DNA of 64,000 nt from Gemmatimonadota bacterium (GTDB taxonomy: Bacteria > Gemmatimonadota > Gemmatimonadetes > Gemmatimonadales > GWC2-71-9): contig JANNQX010000196.1 of assembly GCA_031400975.1 (NCBI GenBank), forward strand, positions 3,376 to 67,375. The letters are read 5' to 3'. Shown one piece after another: positions 46,929 to 56,821 of this stretch. The position numbers were made by a program, and so were the translations under genes. The notes beneath the pieces were generated by a model that worked only from the letters and a program-made list of their open reading frames with translations, searched no databases and had not been told where the DNA came from. How positions within the stretch are numbered: position 1 is the stretch's first letter; the number at the start of each line of letters is the position of its first letter.

Positions 46929-49595
46929 ATGTTACGATCTCATCGGGCGTCCCATTGGGTCGCCCTGCTGGTCCTCGCAGGTTTCGGCGGTGCGGCAGCT
47001 CAATCGGAAGGCACCGGCGGAGGAGCTCGGAGTTCGGGGGCAGGCAAACCGGTCGCGCGCGCGGCACGGGTCGCCCTGCCTCCCAAGATCGACGGCGTGT
47101 TGAGCGATCCGGCGTGGCAGAGTGCCGAGCCGATCAGGGGCTTCGTCCAGCGCGACCCCGACGAAGGGCTGCCGGCCACCGAGGCGACTGAGGTTCGGGT
47201 CCTCTACTCCGATGAGGCCCTTTGGATCGCCATTCGGGCCTCCGACAGCAAGGCCCAGGACATCGTGGCCATCCTGTCGCGGCGTGATGAGCCGTCGCCG
47301 TCCGACGAGATCACCGTGATGATCGACTCCTATCAGGACCGGCGGACCGGATTTGCCTTTACCGTCAATGCGGCCGGAGTCAAGCGGGACGCGTTTCTCT
47401 ACGAAGACACCAACCGCGACGACCGGTGGGACGCGGTCTGGGACGCAAAAACCAGCGTCGATTCCACGGGCTGGTCGGCGGAATTCAAGATTCCCTTCAG
47501 CCAGATCCGGTTCTCGGGCTCGGCCACCCAGACATTCGGGTTCAACGTCTCCCGGCGGATATCTCGAAACAACGAAACCCAATTTTGGCGCCTGATCCCC
47601 AGGCAGTCGTCGGGCTTCGTGTCGCTATTCGGCGATCTGACGAACCTCGACGGAATCAAGCCGCCCCGTCGGCTTGAGGTCCTGCCCTACACCGCGGCCA
47701 CCAACCATTCCTCGCCGGCCACGGCTGGAAACCCGTTCCAGCCTGGCGTGATTCGGCGCGCGAATTTTGGCGGCGACGTGAAAGTCGGCCTCGGCTCGGC
47801 CCTGACGCTGACGGCTACCGTCAATCCGGACTTCGGCCAGGTCGAGGCCGATCCGGCCACGGTCAACCTTTCGGCGTTCGAGTCGTTTTTCGCCGAGCGG
47901 CGGCCGTTCTTCACCGAAGGCCTTGACCTGTTCAGCTTCCGCCTCGGCGACGGCGACGGCGATGGCTCGGAGGAAGCGCTCTTCTACACCCGACGAATCG
48001 GGCGGGCACCCCAGGGGCGAGCCGATCCGCGAGGGGGATTTGCCGAGCGAATCGACCGCACCACGATCCTGTCGGCGGCCAAACTCTCCGGTAAGACCCG
48101 AAGCGGCTGGTCGCTCGGTGTGTTAGGCGCGCTGACCGATCGAGAGGAGGCCCGGGTGCTCTCCGGCGGCGGGCAAACGTTTGGGGACGTGGTCGAACCC
48201 CGGACCGGATACGGCGTGGCCCGAGTTCAAAAGGAACTCCGGAACGGCCAAACGGTCGTCTCGCTGTTCGGGACCACCGTTACTCGGTCCGTCCCGGACA
48301 ACCTCCCGTGGCTCCATTCCGGCGCCTACACCGGCGGGCTCAGCTGGTCCCATCGTTTCGCGGCCAATACCTATCATTTCAGCGGGCGGTTTTCGGGCAG
48401 CCTCGTTCGGGGAAGCCGCGAAGCCCTGCTGGCCACCCAACAATCCTCGGCCCGGTACTTCCAGCGGCCCGACAACGACTATGCCGACGTCGATTCGACC
48501 CGGACGTCGCTGAGTGGATACGATCTTGGCATCAACGGCGGCCGGACCGCCGGCGCGCTGCGATGGAACGTGAACCTGACCGCCCGGTCGCCGGGCTACG
48601 AGGTCAACGACCTCGGCTTCATGCGACAAACCGACGAGCTCGGGCAATCAGTGTGGATCAACCGCCGTTGGCTTCAACCGGGCAAAGTATTCCGACGGTT
48701 CAATGTCAACGCCAACCAGTGGTCGTCGTACACCTTCGGCGGCGACCGCCGCAACCTGGGCGGCAACATCAACCTCAACTACACCCTGCTCAACTACTGG
48801 GGCGGATACCTCGGTCTGAACCGCAACCTGGGGGGCCTTGACCCCACCGTCCTCCGGGGCGGGCCTGGCTTCATTCGACCCGGGACGACCAACGGGTGGA
48901 CGGGGTTTGAAACCGACGGCCGGAAGCCTTTCCGGGCCGGGGTCAACGGATGGGCCTTTGCCGAGGACGAGAGCGGCTCGCGGGGGTTCGGCCTCTCGGT
49001 TCGATTCTCGTGGCGGCCCTCACCCAACGTCAATCTCAGCGCGGCGCCCGGCGTCAACGTCAACCGCAACAACCGCCAGTACCTCACCCGGGCATCCGTG
49101 GCGCAGCAATCCGAGTACTTGCTCGCCGGTTTGAAACAGACGTCGGCCTCAATGACTTTTCGGTCCGACCTCACGGTTAGTCCGACCCTTTCGCTCCAAC
49201 TCTACGCCGAGCCATTCGTCAGCAGTGGGAGTTACCTCAGCTTCAAGCGGGTGGTTGCACCCCGGGCCGCCCGGTTTGCCGACCGGGTGCAGGTCCTGGG
49301 ACCTGATCGGGCCGCCCGCGATCCGAATGGTGACGTGCTCCTCGACGTGGACGGCAACGGAACCCAAGACCTGGTACTCAACAATCCCGATTTCACCTAC
49401 CTGTCGTTCCGCTCGAACGTCGTCCTCCGTTGGGAATACAGTCTCGGGTCGACGTTCTTCCTGGTCTGGCAGCACGGCCGGAGCGGCTTCGACAGCGATG
49501 GCCAGTTCCGAGTCGGGGACCGCCTTGGGGACCTATTCCGGAGCCCGGCGGATAATGTCATCCTGGTGAAGCTCAACTACTGGCTCGGGCTGTAG
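46929..49595 (+). CDS. Large secreted CBM9-like / DUF5916-like protein
   Basis: Signal peptide. N-terminal IDGVLSDPAWQSAEPIRGFVQRDPDEG (carbohydrate-binding family 9-like), then a long beta-rich region ending ...LVKLNYWLGL. Recognised from memory only. Confidence 0.65.
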   Translation: MLRSHRASHWVALLVLAGFGGAAAQSEGTGGGARSSGAGKPVARAARVALPPKIDGVLSDPAWQSAEPIRGFVQRDPDEGLPATEATEVRVLYSDEALWIAIRASDSKAQDIVAILSRRDEPSPSDEITVMIDSYQDRRTGFAFTVNAAGVKRDAFLYEDTNRDDRWDAVWDAKTSVDSTGWSAEFKIPFSQIRFSGSATQTFGFNVSRRISRNNETQFWRLIPRQSSGFVSLFGDLTNLDGIKPPRRLEVLPYTAATNHSSPATAGNPFQPGVIRRANFGGDVKVGLGSALTLTATVNPDFGQVEADPATVNLSAFESFFAERRPFFTEGLDLFSFRLGDGDGDGSEEALFYTRRIGRAPQGRADPRGGFAERIDRTTILSAAKLSGKTRSGWSLGVLGALTDREEARVLSGGGQTFGDVVEPRTGYGVARVQKELRNGQTVVSLFGTTVTRSVPDNLPWLHSGAYTGGLSWSHRFAANTYHFSGRFSGSLVRGSREALLATQQSSARYFQRPDNDYADVDSTRTSLSGYDLGINGGRTAGALRWNVNLTARSPGYEVNDLGFMRQTDELGQSVWINRRWLQPGKVFRRFNVNANQWSSYTFGGDRRNLGGNINLNYTLLNYWGGYLGLNRNLGGLDPTVLRGGPGFIRPGTTNGWTGFETDGRKPFRAGVNGWAFAEDESGSRGFGLSVRFSWRPSPNVNLSAAPGVNVNRNNRQYLTRASVAQQSEYLLAGLKQTSASMTFRSDLTVSPTLSLQLYAEPFVSSGSYLSFKRVVAPRAARFADRVQVLGPDRAARDPNGDVLLDVDGNGTQDLVLNNPDFTYLSFRSNVVLRWEYSLGSTFFLVWQHGRSGFDSDGQFRVGDRLGDLFRSPADNVILVKLNYWLGL

Positions 49596-49607
49596 TTCTC
49601 GGCGCTC
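49596..49607 (+). repeat. TTCTCGGCGCTC, single heptamer-family copy directly after a stop codon
   Basis: Identical 12-mer to the one directly after the clpP stop (9654-9665). Confidence 0.6.
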
Positions 49608-49671
49608 TAGACCTGTAACTCTACCCCCCCCATATTCGTACGGTCGCCACCCGAAACGACCGAGAGTCATT

Positions 49672-50688
49672 ATGACAGGCCTGCCAGCAGCCCGCCCCCG
49701 TGTGGCATTTCCGCAGATTGCCCCCGTTTCCTGGGAGCACCCGGCCGACCGGGCCGCTCTCCAGGCCATGCGATCCGTCCCGGGGTTCGAGGACGTGGTC
49801 CGGAAGGTGATCGGGCTCCTCGGCGGGGAGCGCGGGATCCGGCTCCTCTTTCAGGGAAACGCCATCCGGGTTGGGCCGAAGCAATTCCCTCGGGCCCACC
49901 AGATTCTGATCGAGGTTTGCGCCACATTCGACTGCGATAAGACCCCGGAAATGTTCGTGACCCAGACCCCGTTCTTTAACGCGGGGGCATACGGCGTCGA
50001 CGATCCATTCATCGTCCTTCATTCGCCGGCCCTGGAACTCCTCGACGACGAGGAACTCCGGGTCTTGATCGCCCACGAGATGGGCCATGTGGTTAGCGGT
50101 CATGCGCTCTATCACACCATTGCCGCGATCCTCTTCATGGTCAGCCTTTCGGCGCTGCCGTTCTTGGCCGGGATTGCACTCCTGCCGATCAAGCTGGCGG
50201 TTCTCGAATGGTCGCGGAAATCGGAGTTGTCGGCCGATCGGGCCGGACTGCTGGGCGCCCAGAATATCATGGCCTCCCAGCAGTTGTTCATGAAAATGGC
50301 GGGCGGGTACAAGAAGGCGCTCGATTCAGGCCAGATGGACCTGAATGAGTTCATGACCCAAGCCAATGAGTACGCCAACACCCATGAGGGGATGGACATT
50401 CTCTACAAAGTGCTCAACACCCTCGGGTTGACCCACCCCATGAGCACCGTCCGGGCGGCCGAGATCCAACAATGGGTCACCTCCGGCGAGTACGACCGGA
50501 TTTTGCGGGGCGAATACACTCGTCGGGGGCAGGAATCGAAGGACCGCCCGTTGGGCGACGACATGGGGGCGGCCACGAACTACTACGCCGAGGCCGGCAA
50601 GGAAGTCGTGGGCCACGTTGCTGATGCGGCCAAACGCGCTGCCCAGGCGGCCAAAGACGCCTTCAACAAGGCCCGCAGCAGCGCGTGA
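49672..50688 (+). CDS. M48-family zinc metallopeptidase (HtpX-like)
   Basis: HEMGHVVSGH (HExxH), two TM helices after the motif, downstream ELSADR. Confidence 0.85.
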   Translation: MTGLPAARPRVAFPQIAPVSWEHPADRAALQAMRSVPGFEDVVRKVIGLLGGERGIRLLFQGNAIRVGPKQFPRAHQILIEVCATFDCDKTPEMFVTQTPFFNAGAYGVDDPFIVLHSPALELLDDEELRVLIAHEMGHVVSGHALYHTIAAILFMVSLSALPFLAGIALLPIKLAVLEWSRKSELSADRAGLLGAQNIMASQQLFMKMAGGYKKALDSGQMDLNEFMTQANEYANTHEGMDILYKVLNTLGLTHPMSTVRAAEIQQWVTSGEYDRILRGEYTRRGQESKDRPLGDDMGAATNYYAEAGKEVVGHVADAAKRAAQAAKDAFNKARSSA

Positions 50689-51959
50689 AGATCCTGGTCG
50701 TCGGGAGCGGAGGGCGAGAACACGCGCTGGTGTGGGCCCTGGCGAAGGAACAGCCAACGGCCACAATATTTTGCAGTCCCGGCAATGCCGGAACCGCCGA
50801 ATGGGCCGCAACTGTCCCCATCGCCCCGGACGCCGTCGTTGACCTCACCGACTTTGCGGTCCGCGAGCAGATCGACCTCGTCATCGTTGGCCCGGAAGGC
50901 CCGCTTGCTCTGGGCTTGGCCGACCTGCTGCGAAGCCGGGGCGTGATCGTCTTCGGGCCAAGCGCCGCCGCCGCCCAGATCGAATCCTCCAAAGCCTGGG
51001 CCAAGGATGTCATGGAGTCGGCCGGCGTTCCAACCGCCGCCAGCATGACGTTTTCAGAGCTTGCCGGTGCCGCCAAGTATATCGATCGTCAGGCCGAACC
51101 GTTGGTGGTCAAGGCAAGCGGACTGGCCGCCGGCAAGGGCGCGGTCGTTTGCGCGACCCGGTCGGAGGCGAAAGCGGCGGCGCGCGAGATGCTCGAGGAC
51201 CGGATCTTTGGCGAGGCCGGCGACGTGGTAGTCGTCGAATCGTTTCTCGAAGGCGAGGAACTCTCGCTGTTGGTGTTGACGAACGGCACCGATATCCAGA
51301 TGCTGCCGGCCGCCCAGGACCACAAACGGCTGTTGGCCGGCGACCGGGGTCCGAACACCGGCGGCATGGGCGCCTACAGCCCCGTGTCGCTCGAAACCCC
51401 TCAGTTACTCGAACGCGTCCGAACCCGGGTCCTCGAGCCGACCCTGGCGGAAATGGCGCGGCGCGGCGCGCCGTTCAGCGGCGTCTTGTACGCGGGGTTG
51501 ATGATTGATGGCGGCGGAAATCCATCGGTGGTCGAATTCAACTGTCGGTTTGGCGATCCGGAAACCCAGGTCATCTTACCGCGGATTTCCGGCGGCCTCT
51601 TCAAGACCCTTCACGCCTGCGCCACCGGGGCGCCCCTGCCCGGCCTAACGATCACTTCCGACGCGGCGGTGACCACGGTCCTGGCGGCAAAGGGGTATCC
51701 GGACCGGCCGGAGAAGGGCGCACCGATCGCACTACCCTCGGTGCTTCCCAAGGGCGCCCTCGTCTTCCACGCGGGGACCCGGCGGGACGACGGAGGCGCT
51801 TTGCGGGTGGCCGGCGGCCGGGTGTTCGCGGTGACCGGGCTTGCGGCCACGTTCGAGCAAGCCCAAGCCGTCAGCCGGCAGGTGGCCGACGCGATTCAAT
51901 TCGACGGGAAACAGTACCGGTCGGATATCGGGTGGCGCGAGGCCGGCCGGCTCCGTTAG
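50685..51959 (+). CDS. purD: Phosphoribosylamine--glycine ligase
   Basis: MKILVVGSGGREHAL, ATP-grasp core, GDPETQ. GTG start overlaps the M48 stop (GTGA). Confidence 0.95.
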   Translation: MKILVVGSGGREHALVWALAKEQPTATIFCSPGNAGTAEWAATVPIAPDAVVDLTDFAVREQIDLVIVGPEGPLALGLADLLRSRGVIVFGPSAAAAQIESSKAWAKDVMESAGVPTAASMTFSELAGAAKYIDRQAEPLVVKASGLAAGKGAVVCATRSEAKAAAREMLEDRIFGEAGDVVVVESFLEGEELSLLVLTNGTDIQMLPAAQDHKRLLAGDRGPNTGGMGAYSPVSLETPQLLERVRTRVLEPTLAEMARRGAPFSGVLYAGLMIDGGGNPSVVEFNCRFGDPETQVILPRISGGLFKTLHACATGAPLPGLTITSDAAVTTVLAAKGYPDRPEKGAPIALPSVLPKGALVFHAGTRRDDGGALRVAGGRVFAVTGLAATFEQAQAVSRQVADAIQFDGKQYRSDIGWREAGRLR

Positions 51960-51960
51960 G

Positions 51961-52263
51961 GTGACGACCGCAGATGTCTGGATCGGCCCTGTCTCCGTCA
52001 CCGCGCTCGACCGGTGCCTCGTTCTCCCCCCGGGGGATCGGGCATGGGTCGACGTCCTGGTCGGGCCCGATCCAGGGCAAGATATCGAATCGCAGATCCG
52101 TGAAGCTTTGGCCCAATATCACCTCCACATCGACACCTTCGGCCCGATCGAGCGGGTCCGCGACCGAAAAGTCCCGCTCGAGCGAACGGCGCAACGGCTT
52201 GAGAAAGAGTTGACCAAACGGGCTGGGGTCCGGCTGACGACCTTTCGAGCCATCTCGGCCTAA
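51961..52263 (+). CDS. Hypothetical small protein
   Basis: In-frame GTG right after the purD stop; 100 aa, no motif recognised. Confidence 0.3.
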   Translation: MTTADVWIGPVSVTALDRCLVLPPGDRAWVDVLVGPDPGQDIESQIREALAQYHLHIDTFGPIERVRDRKVPLERTAQRLEKELTKRAGVRLTTFRAISA

Positions 52264-52913
52264 CGGGTATCGAGAACGATCGGGCTCTGTTCGAGTGCTT
52301 CGAACACCGCGGGACAGAGGGCCGGCCCGGATAGTTCTGCGGCCCCGATGCCGCGATGATATCCGACCCCATCAAGCCGTTCGTGGTGCGACGCCGCCAC
52401 TTCTGCCAGGCCCCGGAACCGACCGATCTCCACCGATATCGCGGCGACCCCGTCGGAGTGGCGGAAGGTGTAGGGCGATTTGGCGTCGATTACCACCGCG
52501 AACGCTCGGGCAACCGGACCAAATCGGGATCGAACCAGGTGCCGGACCAAGCCCGAATCACCTCGTAGCCGGTCGAAAGCCCCTGGGCGGACATGAAGAC
52601 CTCGAAGGTCTGCGCCAGACAGAGGATCCGCCCAAACAATGGGATCATGGTTTCCGCCAGGCCGGCCGGCTGGCCCCGCCCATTAACACCCGGCATCCTT
52701 GAGAAGCAGGGCGTAGTAGAGGTCGGACTGATCCTCGGAGTCGAGGCCGAGCTGATGGGCCAGCCGCATCCCGATGACGCAAGCGCGGACCGAATGGCCC
52801 ATAGCTTGACCTTCAGTCAGGTCGAGCGCGTAGGACAGGGCGGAGATGATCTCCGACAGCCGAAACGGTACCGCCGCGCGAATCTCGGGACCGACAGAAA
52901 CCACCGGCATCAT
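52260..52913 (-). pseudogene. Decayed HD-GYP-family phosphohydrolase gene (at least two frameshifts, internal deletions)
   Basis: Three consecutive minus-strand ORFs in different frames carry ordered pieces of one family: GHSVRACVIGMRLAHQLGL...LLLKDAGC (52683-52913), IPLFGRILCLAQTFEVF...SGTWFDPDLV (52490-52696), IDAKSPYTFRHSDGVA...HHERLDGVGYHRG (52260-52550). The HDIGK region is missing. Confidence 0.6.
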
Positions 52914-52916
52914 CGT

Positions 52917-54263
52917 CTAGTATCGATCCGGAAGGCCGACAAGCCCAAACGAGTCAGCCAGCCGATCGAGGACGGGGTTGGTGCCCCCCGAGTCGAGGAG
53001 CCGGAGGTCCGCCGTGGTGACCGCCAAGCGTTCGGGATGGTACTCGAGCGATTGATGGTTCTCGAACGCGTACCATGGACGGGGAAATCGGAACGCAAGC
53101 CGGACCTCCGTTCCGACCACACTCACATCGTAGGCGGGATTGAGCGCCCGGCGGCCGACGAGATGAGGCCATTGCACGGGCGTCAGGCGTTGCCCCGAGC
53201 CCCGAGAGACGAACGACAGCCATTTCGCCCCTTCCAAGGCCTCCACTGATTCCGCGGGCCCCGACAGGGGGTTTCGGCGGAGCCGATAGTCGCGGACCAA
53301 CCGGGACTCAGAAAACACTCGGACCTCGGGGTCTGCCAACTCCTCGACATAGCCAGCGAGGGTGAGTTCCGCCCCCTCGTTGGGCATGACGGCGCGATTC
53401 CCGACCCGGGTGACCATCCGGCAACGACCTGGGGCGACTCGGGCCACTTCCGCAACGAACCCAGGCCGGCTGGGAAAGTAGTGGTACGCATCCGAGACGA
53501 CAGTGGCCGACATCGAGGCGCTTCGAAACGGCAGCCCGTCGCCGGCATCCGCGGACACGAAGAAGGCGTCCGGGGCCACCCAGTGCCGGGCCAGCCAGGC
53601 ATGGTGGAAGTTGAAATCGACACCGACAACCGCGGTCCGCTCGGACCGCCTCGTTAGGTAGTGGGCCAAGTGACCGATACCGCAGGCCACATCGAGCACC
53701 GGCTGGTCGGCGGGTTCGAGCGTCGACACCAGCGACATGGCGGCGAGGTAGCGGGGCTGCGTAAACCGAAGCCGGAGGTAGTCGCCGAAGTCGGGCCCCA
53801 ACGTTTCCGGCCCGAAGAAATAGGTGAGGACCTCCCGAAGTGACGACCGATCCCGGCTTCGGAGCTGCTCTCGCAACCCGCGACGGCCGCGGGCTTGAAT
53901 GAATCGTTCGGCCGGCCCCGACTTCGACAAGCGCCGCGCGAGCCGACGCAACCAGGAGGGAGTAGCGGCCGGGGCAAGGCACCGCACCAGCGCCTCTTCA
54001 GTTCGGCCGGCGGCGACCAACCGGACCAACTCCGGGCCGGTCAGATGGTCGACATCCGGAACCCCGGTCGTCAGGTCGAACATTCGAACCTTGTCCTTGA
54101 GGAACACGGGGACCCCGTCGACGACCGGATACTGGTCGCAACCGCAGGCGAGGATGCCGAAGACATCGCGACCAACCTCAGGGGTTGCCACCGACTGAAA
54201 CGTGAAGCCGCCGCCGCAGCGGGGGCATTGCATCAGCGGAAGCAGTTGCTCGACAAATCCCAT
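52917..54263 (-). CDS. Class I SAM-dependent methyltransferase with N-terminal Trm112-like zinc ribbon
   Basis: CPRCGG...CGC at the N-terminus; SAM motif I VLDVACGIGHLAHYL. Confidence 0.8.
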   Translation of the reverse strand: MGFVEQLLPLMQCPRCGGGFTFQSVATPEVGRDVFGILACGCDQYPVVDGVPVFLKDKVRMFDLTTGVPDVDHLTGPELVRLVAAGRTEEALVRCLAPAATPSWLRRLARRLSKSGPAERFIQARGRRGLREQLRSRDRSSLREVLTYFFGPETLGPDFGDYLRLRFTQPRYLAAMSLVSTLEPADQPVLDVACGIGHLAHYLTRRSERTAVVGVDFNFHHAWLARHWVAPDAFFVSADAGDGLPFRSASMSATVVSDAYHYFPSRPGFVAEVARVAPGRCRMVTRVGNRAVMPNEGAELTLAGYVEELADPEVRVFSESRLVRDYRLRRNPLSGPAESVEALEGAKWLSFVSRGSGQRLTPVQWPHLVGRRALNPAYDVSVVGTEVRLAFRFPRPWYAFENHQSLEYHPERLAVTTADLRLLDSGGTNPVLDRLADSFGLVGLPDRY

Positions 54264-54391
54264 CGGATCCCTTTCACATGGGCCACCGCAACGCCACTCA
54301 AACCTAAACCCCAGGAAAACTGGGGCGCCACGGCACCCGAGACCTGGTTAGATTCGGGTCTGAGCCACTCGACGGACCGTCCCCGGATCTG

Positions 54392-55213
54392 ATGCCCGAA
54401 CTCCCCGAAGTCGAAACGATGGTCCGGGACATGACGTCGGTCCTCTCGGGCCGGGTGTTTCGAAGCGCTGTGCTGACCCATACCGATGTTCTGGCCGGCG
54501 TTACCGGCCGGGCGTTGACCACCGGCTTGACGGGGGCCACCGTCCGGGGCCTCGAGCGCCGGGCCAAGAATGCCGTCATCCTCACGAATCGACGCCGTCT
54601 CGTGATTCAACCGGGCATGACAGGATCGATGTTCGTGAAACGCCGCCTGACGCCCGACGATCTCCGCTATGGCGTCCTCAAGATCCTGCTCGATGACGGC
54701 CGCACTTTCATCTACCATGACGTCCGACGGTTAGGCACCCTCCGATGGCTCAACCAAACCGAGTGGGACCGGTTCTCCGCGAAGCTCGGGCCGGAGCCTC
54801 TTGACCCCATCTTCACCGCCGAGGTCCTCGGTTTGGCCCTGGCCCGCTCCAAGACCGCGGTCAAGAAGGTCATCATGGACCAAAGACACCTGGCCGGTGT
54901 AGGCAACATCTACGCCAACGAGGCCCTTTTTTCGGCAGGGATCGACCCGTCGAGGGCCGCCAATACGCTGACCCTCGAAGACCACGAGCGCCTCCACCGC
55001 CATATCGTCCGAATCTTGACCGACGCGGTCGCCGCCAGCGGCTCAACCATCCGGGACTATCGCACCGGTACCGGCGAACCGGGTACCTTCCAAGGGTCAC
55101 TTGACGTCTACGACCGAGAGGGCGAACCGTGCAAACGCTGCGGGACCATGCTGGCAGGAACCCACGCGATCGACGCCCGAATCACCGTGTTCTGCTACCG
55201 ATGCCAGCGTTGA
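54392..55213 (+). CDS. mutM: Formamidopyrimidine-DNA glycosylase
   Basis: MPELPEVET, H2TH region, C-terminal zinc finger CKRCG...FCYRCQ. Confidence 0.93.
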   Translation: MPELPEVETMVRDMTSVLSGRVFRSAVLTHTDVLAGVTGRALTTGLTGATVRGLERRAKNAVILTNRRRLVIQPGMTGSMFVKRRLTPDDLRYGVLKILLDDGRTFIYHDVRRLGTLRWLNQTEWDRFSAKLGPEPLDPIFTAEVLGLALARSKTAVKKVIMDQRHLAGVGNIYANEALFSAGIDPSRAANTLTLEDHERLHRHIVRILTDAVAASGSTIRDYRTGTGEPGTFQGSLDVYDREGEPCKRCGTMLAGTHAIDARITVFCYRCQR

Positions 55214-55217
55214 CGTC

Positions 55218-56318
55218 GTGACCACCACCCTGCTCCCCCCGACGACCGACCTCGAGACCCTCCGGGCCCGGGTCAAGGCGCTGGCCGAGCACCGGCCCGG
55301 TGTCTACAAGATGGTCGACGCGATGGGCCACGTGCTATACGTCGGGAAGGCCAAACGGGTCAAGGCCCGGCTCCTCTCCTATTTCAACGCCAAGTTCCCC
55401 GAGGACAAAGCGGCTCGCATTCTTCAGGCGGCCTCCAACATTACCTGGGACTATGCTCCAAGCGAATTCGCGGCCCACCTGACCGAGCTGGCTGAAATCC
55501 GGAGGCACCGTCCCGCCTACAATCACCAGATGAACCGGCGGCGAAACGCGGCGTTCGTCACGGTATCGTTAGGCGCGGCACCACGCCTCGCGATGACCAC
55601 CTCGACGGGGCGCCAAGATGTCCGATACTTCGGCCCCTTTACCTCGCCCGCCCGGACGGCGAGCGGGGTGCGGGTCCTGAACGACCTCCTGGGTTTGCGG
55701 GACTGCGCCGAAAAGATGCCGGTGGTCTTCCCGGGCCAGGGCGACCTCTTTGCCGAACCGATGCAGGCCGCCTGCCCCCGGTTCGACTTCGGCACCTGTG
55801 CCGGCCCGTGCGCCGGACTCGTCGAGGAAGTTCGATACCGCGAAAAAGTCGACGCCGCGATTCGATTCCTCGCCGGCGCCGCCATTGAACCGATCGACCG
55901 AACCGTCGACCAAATGACCGCCGCCGCCGACCGCCATGATTTCGAAGCCGCCTCACGCTGGCGGGACAAATTCGAGGATCTCGAGTGGTTGATCAGTGCC
56001 GCGGCCCGGGCCCGGGCGGCCATTCATGTCCTGACCTTCGTGTATCGGGAACCGGGAGCCTTCGGCGACGATCGAGTCTACCTGATCCGCCATGGGCTCG
56101 TTCGGGCCTCATACCCCTACCCCCACACCCCAATCGAGCAAGAAGCCTTTCGAGCGGTGGTCGAAGCCGAGCTCATGGCCGCCGTCCCGGCCGCCGGGCT
56201 CTTGGACCATGCCACGCTCGACGAAATGCTCCTCGTCATGAGCTGGTTCCGCCGCCATCCCGAAGCCTGGCGCCGGACCGTACCGGTCAGCGACTGGCTC
56301 GAGGGTCAAGCCGCCTAG
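55218..56318 (+). CDS. UvrC-homologous GIY-YIG nuclease lacking the C-terminal half (Cho-like)
   Basis: Trimmed to GTG 55218, just past the mutM stop. GIY-YIG (GVYKMVDAMGHVLYVGKAKRVKARLLSYF), UVR-like helix (HDFEAASRWRDKFEDLEWL). About 367 aa, too short for full UvrC. Confidence 0.8.
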   Translation: MTTTLLPPTTDLETLRARVKALAEHRPGVYKMVDAMGHVLYVGKAKRVKARLLSYFNAKFPEDKAARILQAASNITWDYAPSEFAAHLTELAEIRRHRPAYNHQMNRRRNAAFVTVSLGAAPRLAMTTSTGRQDVRYFGPFTSPARTASGVRVLNDLLGLRDCAEKMPVVFPGQGDLFAEPMQAACPRFDFGTCAGPCAGLVEEVRYREKVDAAIRFLAGAAIEPIDRTVDQMTAAADRHDFEAASRWRDKFEDLEWLISAAARARAAIHVLTFVYREPGAFGDDRVYLIRHGLVRASYPYPHTPIEQEAFRAVVEAELMAAVPAAGLLDHATLDEMLLVMSWFRRHPEAWRRTVPVSDWLEGQAA

Positions 56319-56806
56319 TCCTCGTCCATCCCAGTCAACGGCACCAGCCGGGCTCGGGGCGGAATTCCGGCTTCGAGCTCCATGATGCCGATCGACGCCG
56401 GCAAGTCGAACCGCCGCGCCCCCGCCCCGCCCGGATTCATCACGGTAACCACTTGATCGACGATCGTTAGGAGCGGCCGGTGAGTGTGACCGTACACGAT
56501 CACCTCGGCGTCCGGATAGCGAAGATTGAGCGCTTCCGGGGTCACTCGGTCGAACTGGTGTCCGTGAATGATCAGGAACCGGAATCCTTCGATATCCGTC
56601 TCGATCACTTCAGGCACCAACCGCCGGACATCGAACCCATCGGTATTCCCGTAGACCGCCCGGACCGGCGCAATGGCCTCGAGGGCCGTGAGCAGGTCCG
56701 GCTCACCGATGTCGCCGGCGTGGAGAATGAGGTCGACCGCCTCAAAAGCTTCGAACACCTGGGGCCGCAGGAGCCCGTGGGTATCGGAGATGATCCCAAG
56801 CCGCAT
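56315..56806 (-). CDS. YfcE/MJ0936-family metallophosphoesterase
   Basis: MRLGIISDTHG, HAGDIG, GNTD, IHGH, GHTH. Confidence 0.85.
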   Translation of the reverse strand: MRLGIISDTHGLLRPQVFEAFEAVDLILHAGDIGEPDLLTALEAIAPVRAVYGNTDGFDVRRLVPEVIETDIEGFRFLIIHGHQFDRVTPEALNLRYPDAEVIVYGHTHRPLLTIVDQVVTVMNPGGAGARRFDLPASIGIMELEAGIPPRARLVPLTGMDED

Positions 56807-56821
56807 CTCAGCGTTCCAGAC

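Noticed and set aside
6385-49631. G8/C8 homopolymer tracts (6385, 6410, 9687, 9724, 49624) as phase-variation switches
   Set aside because: All are intergenic, and runs of this length are not surprising at this G+C content. Two pairs simply form or flank hairpin stems.
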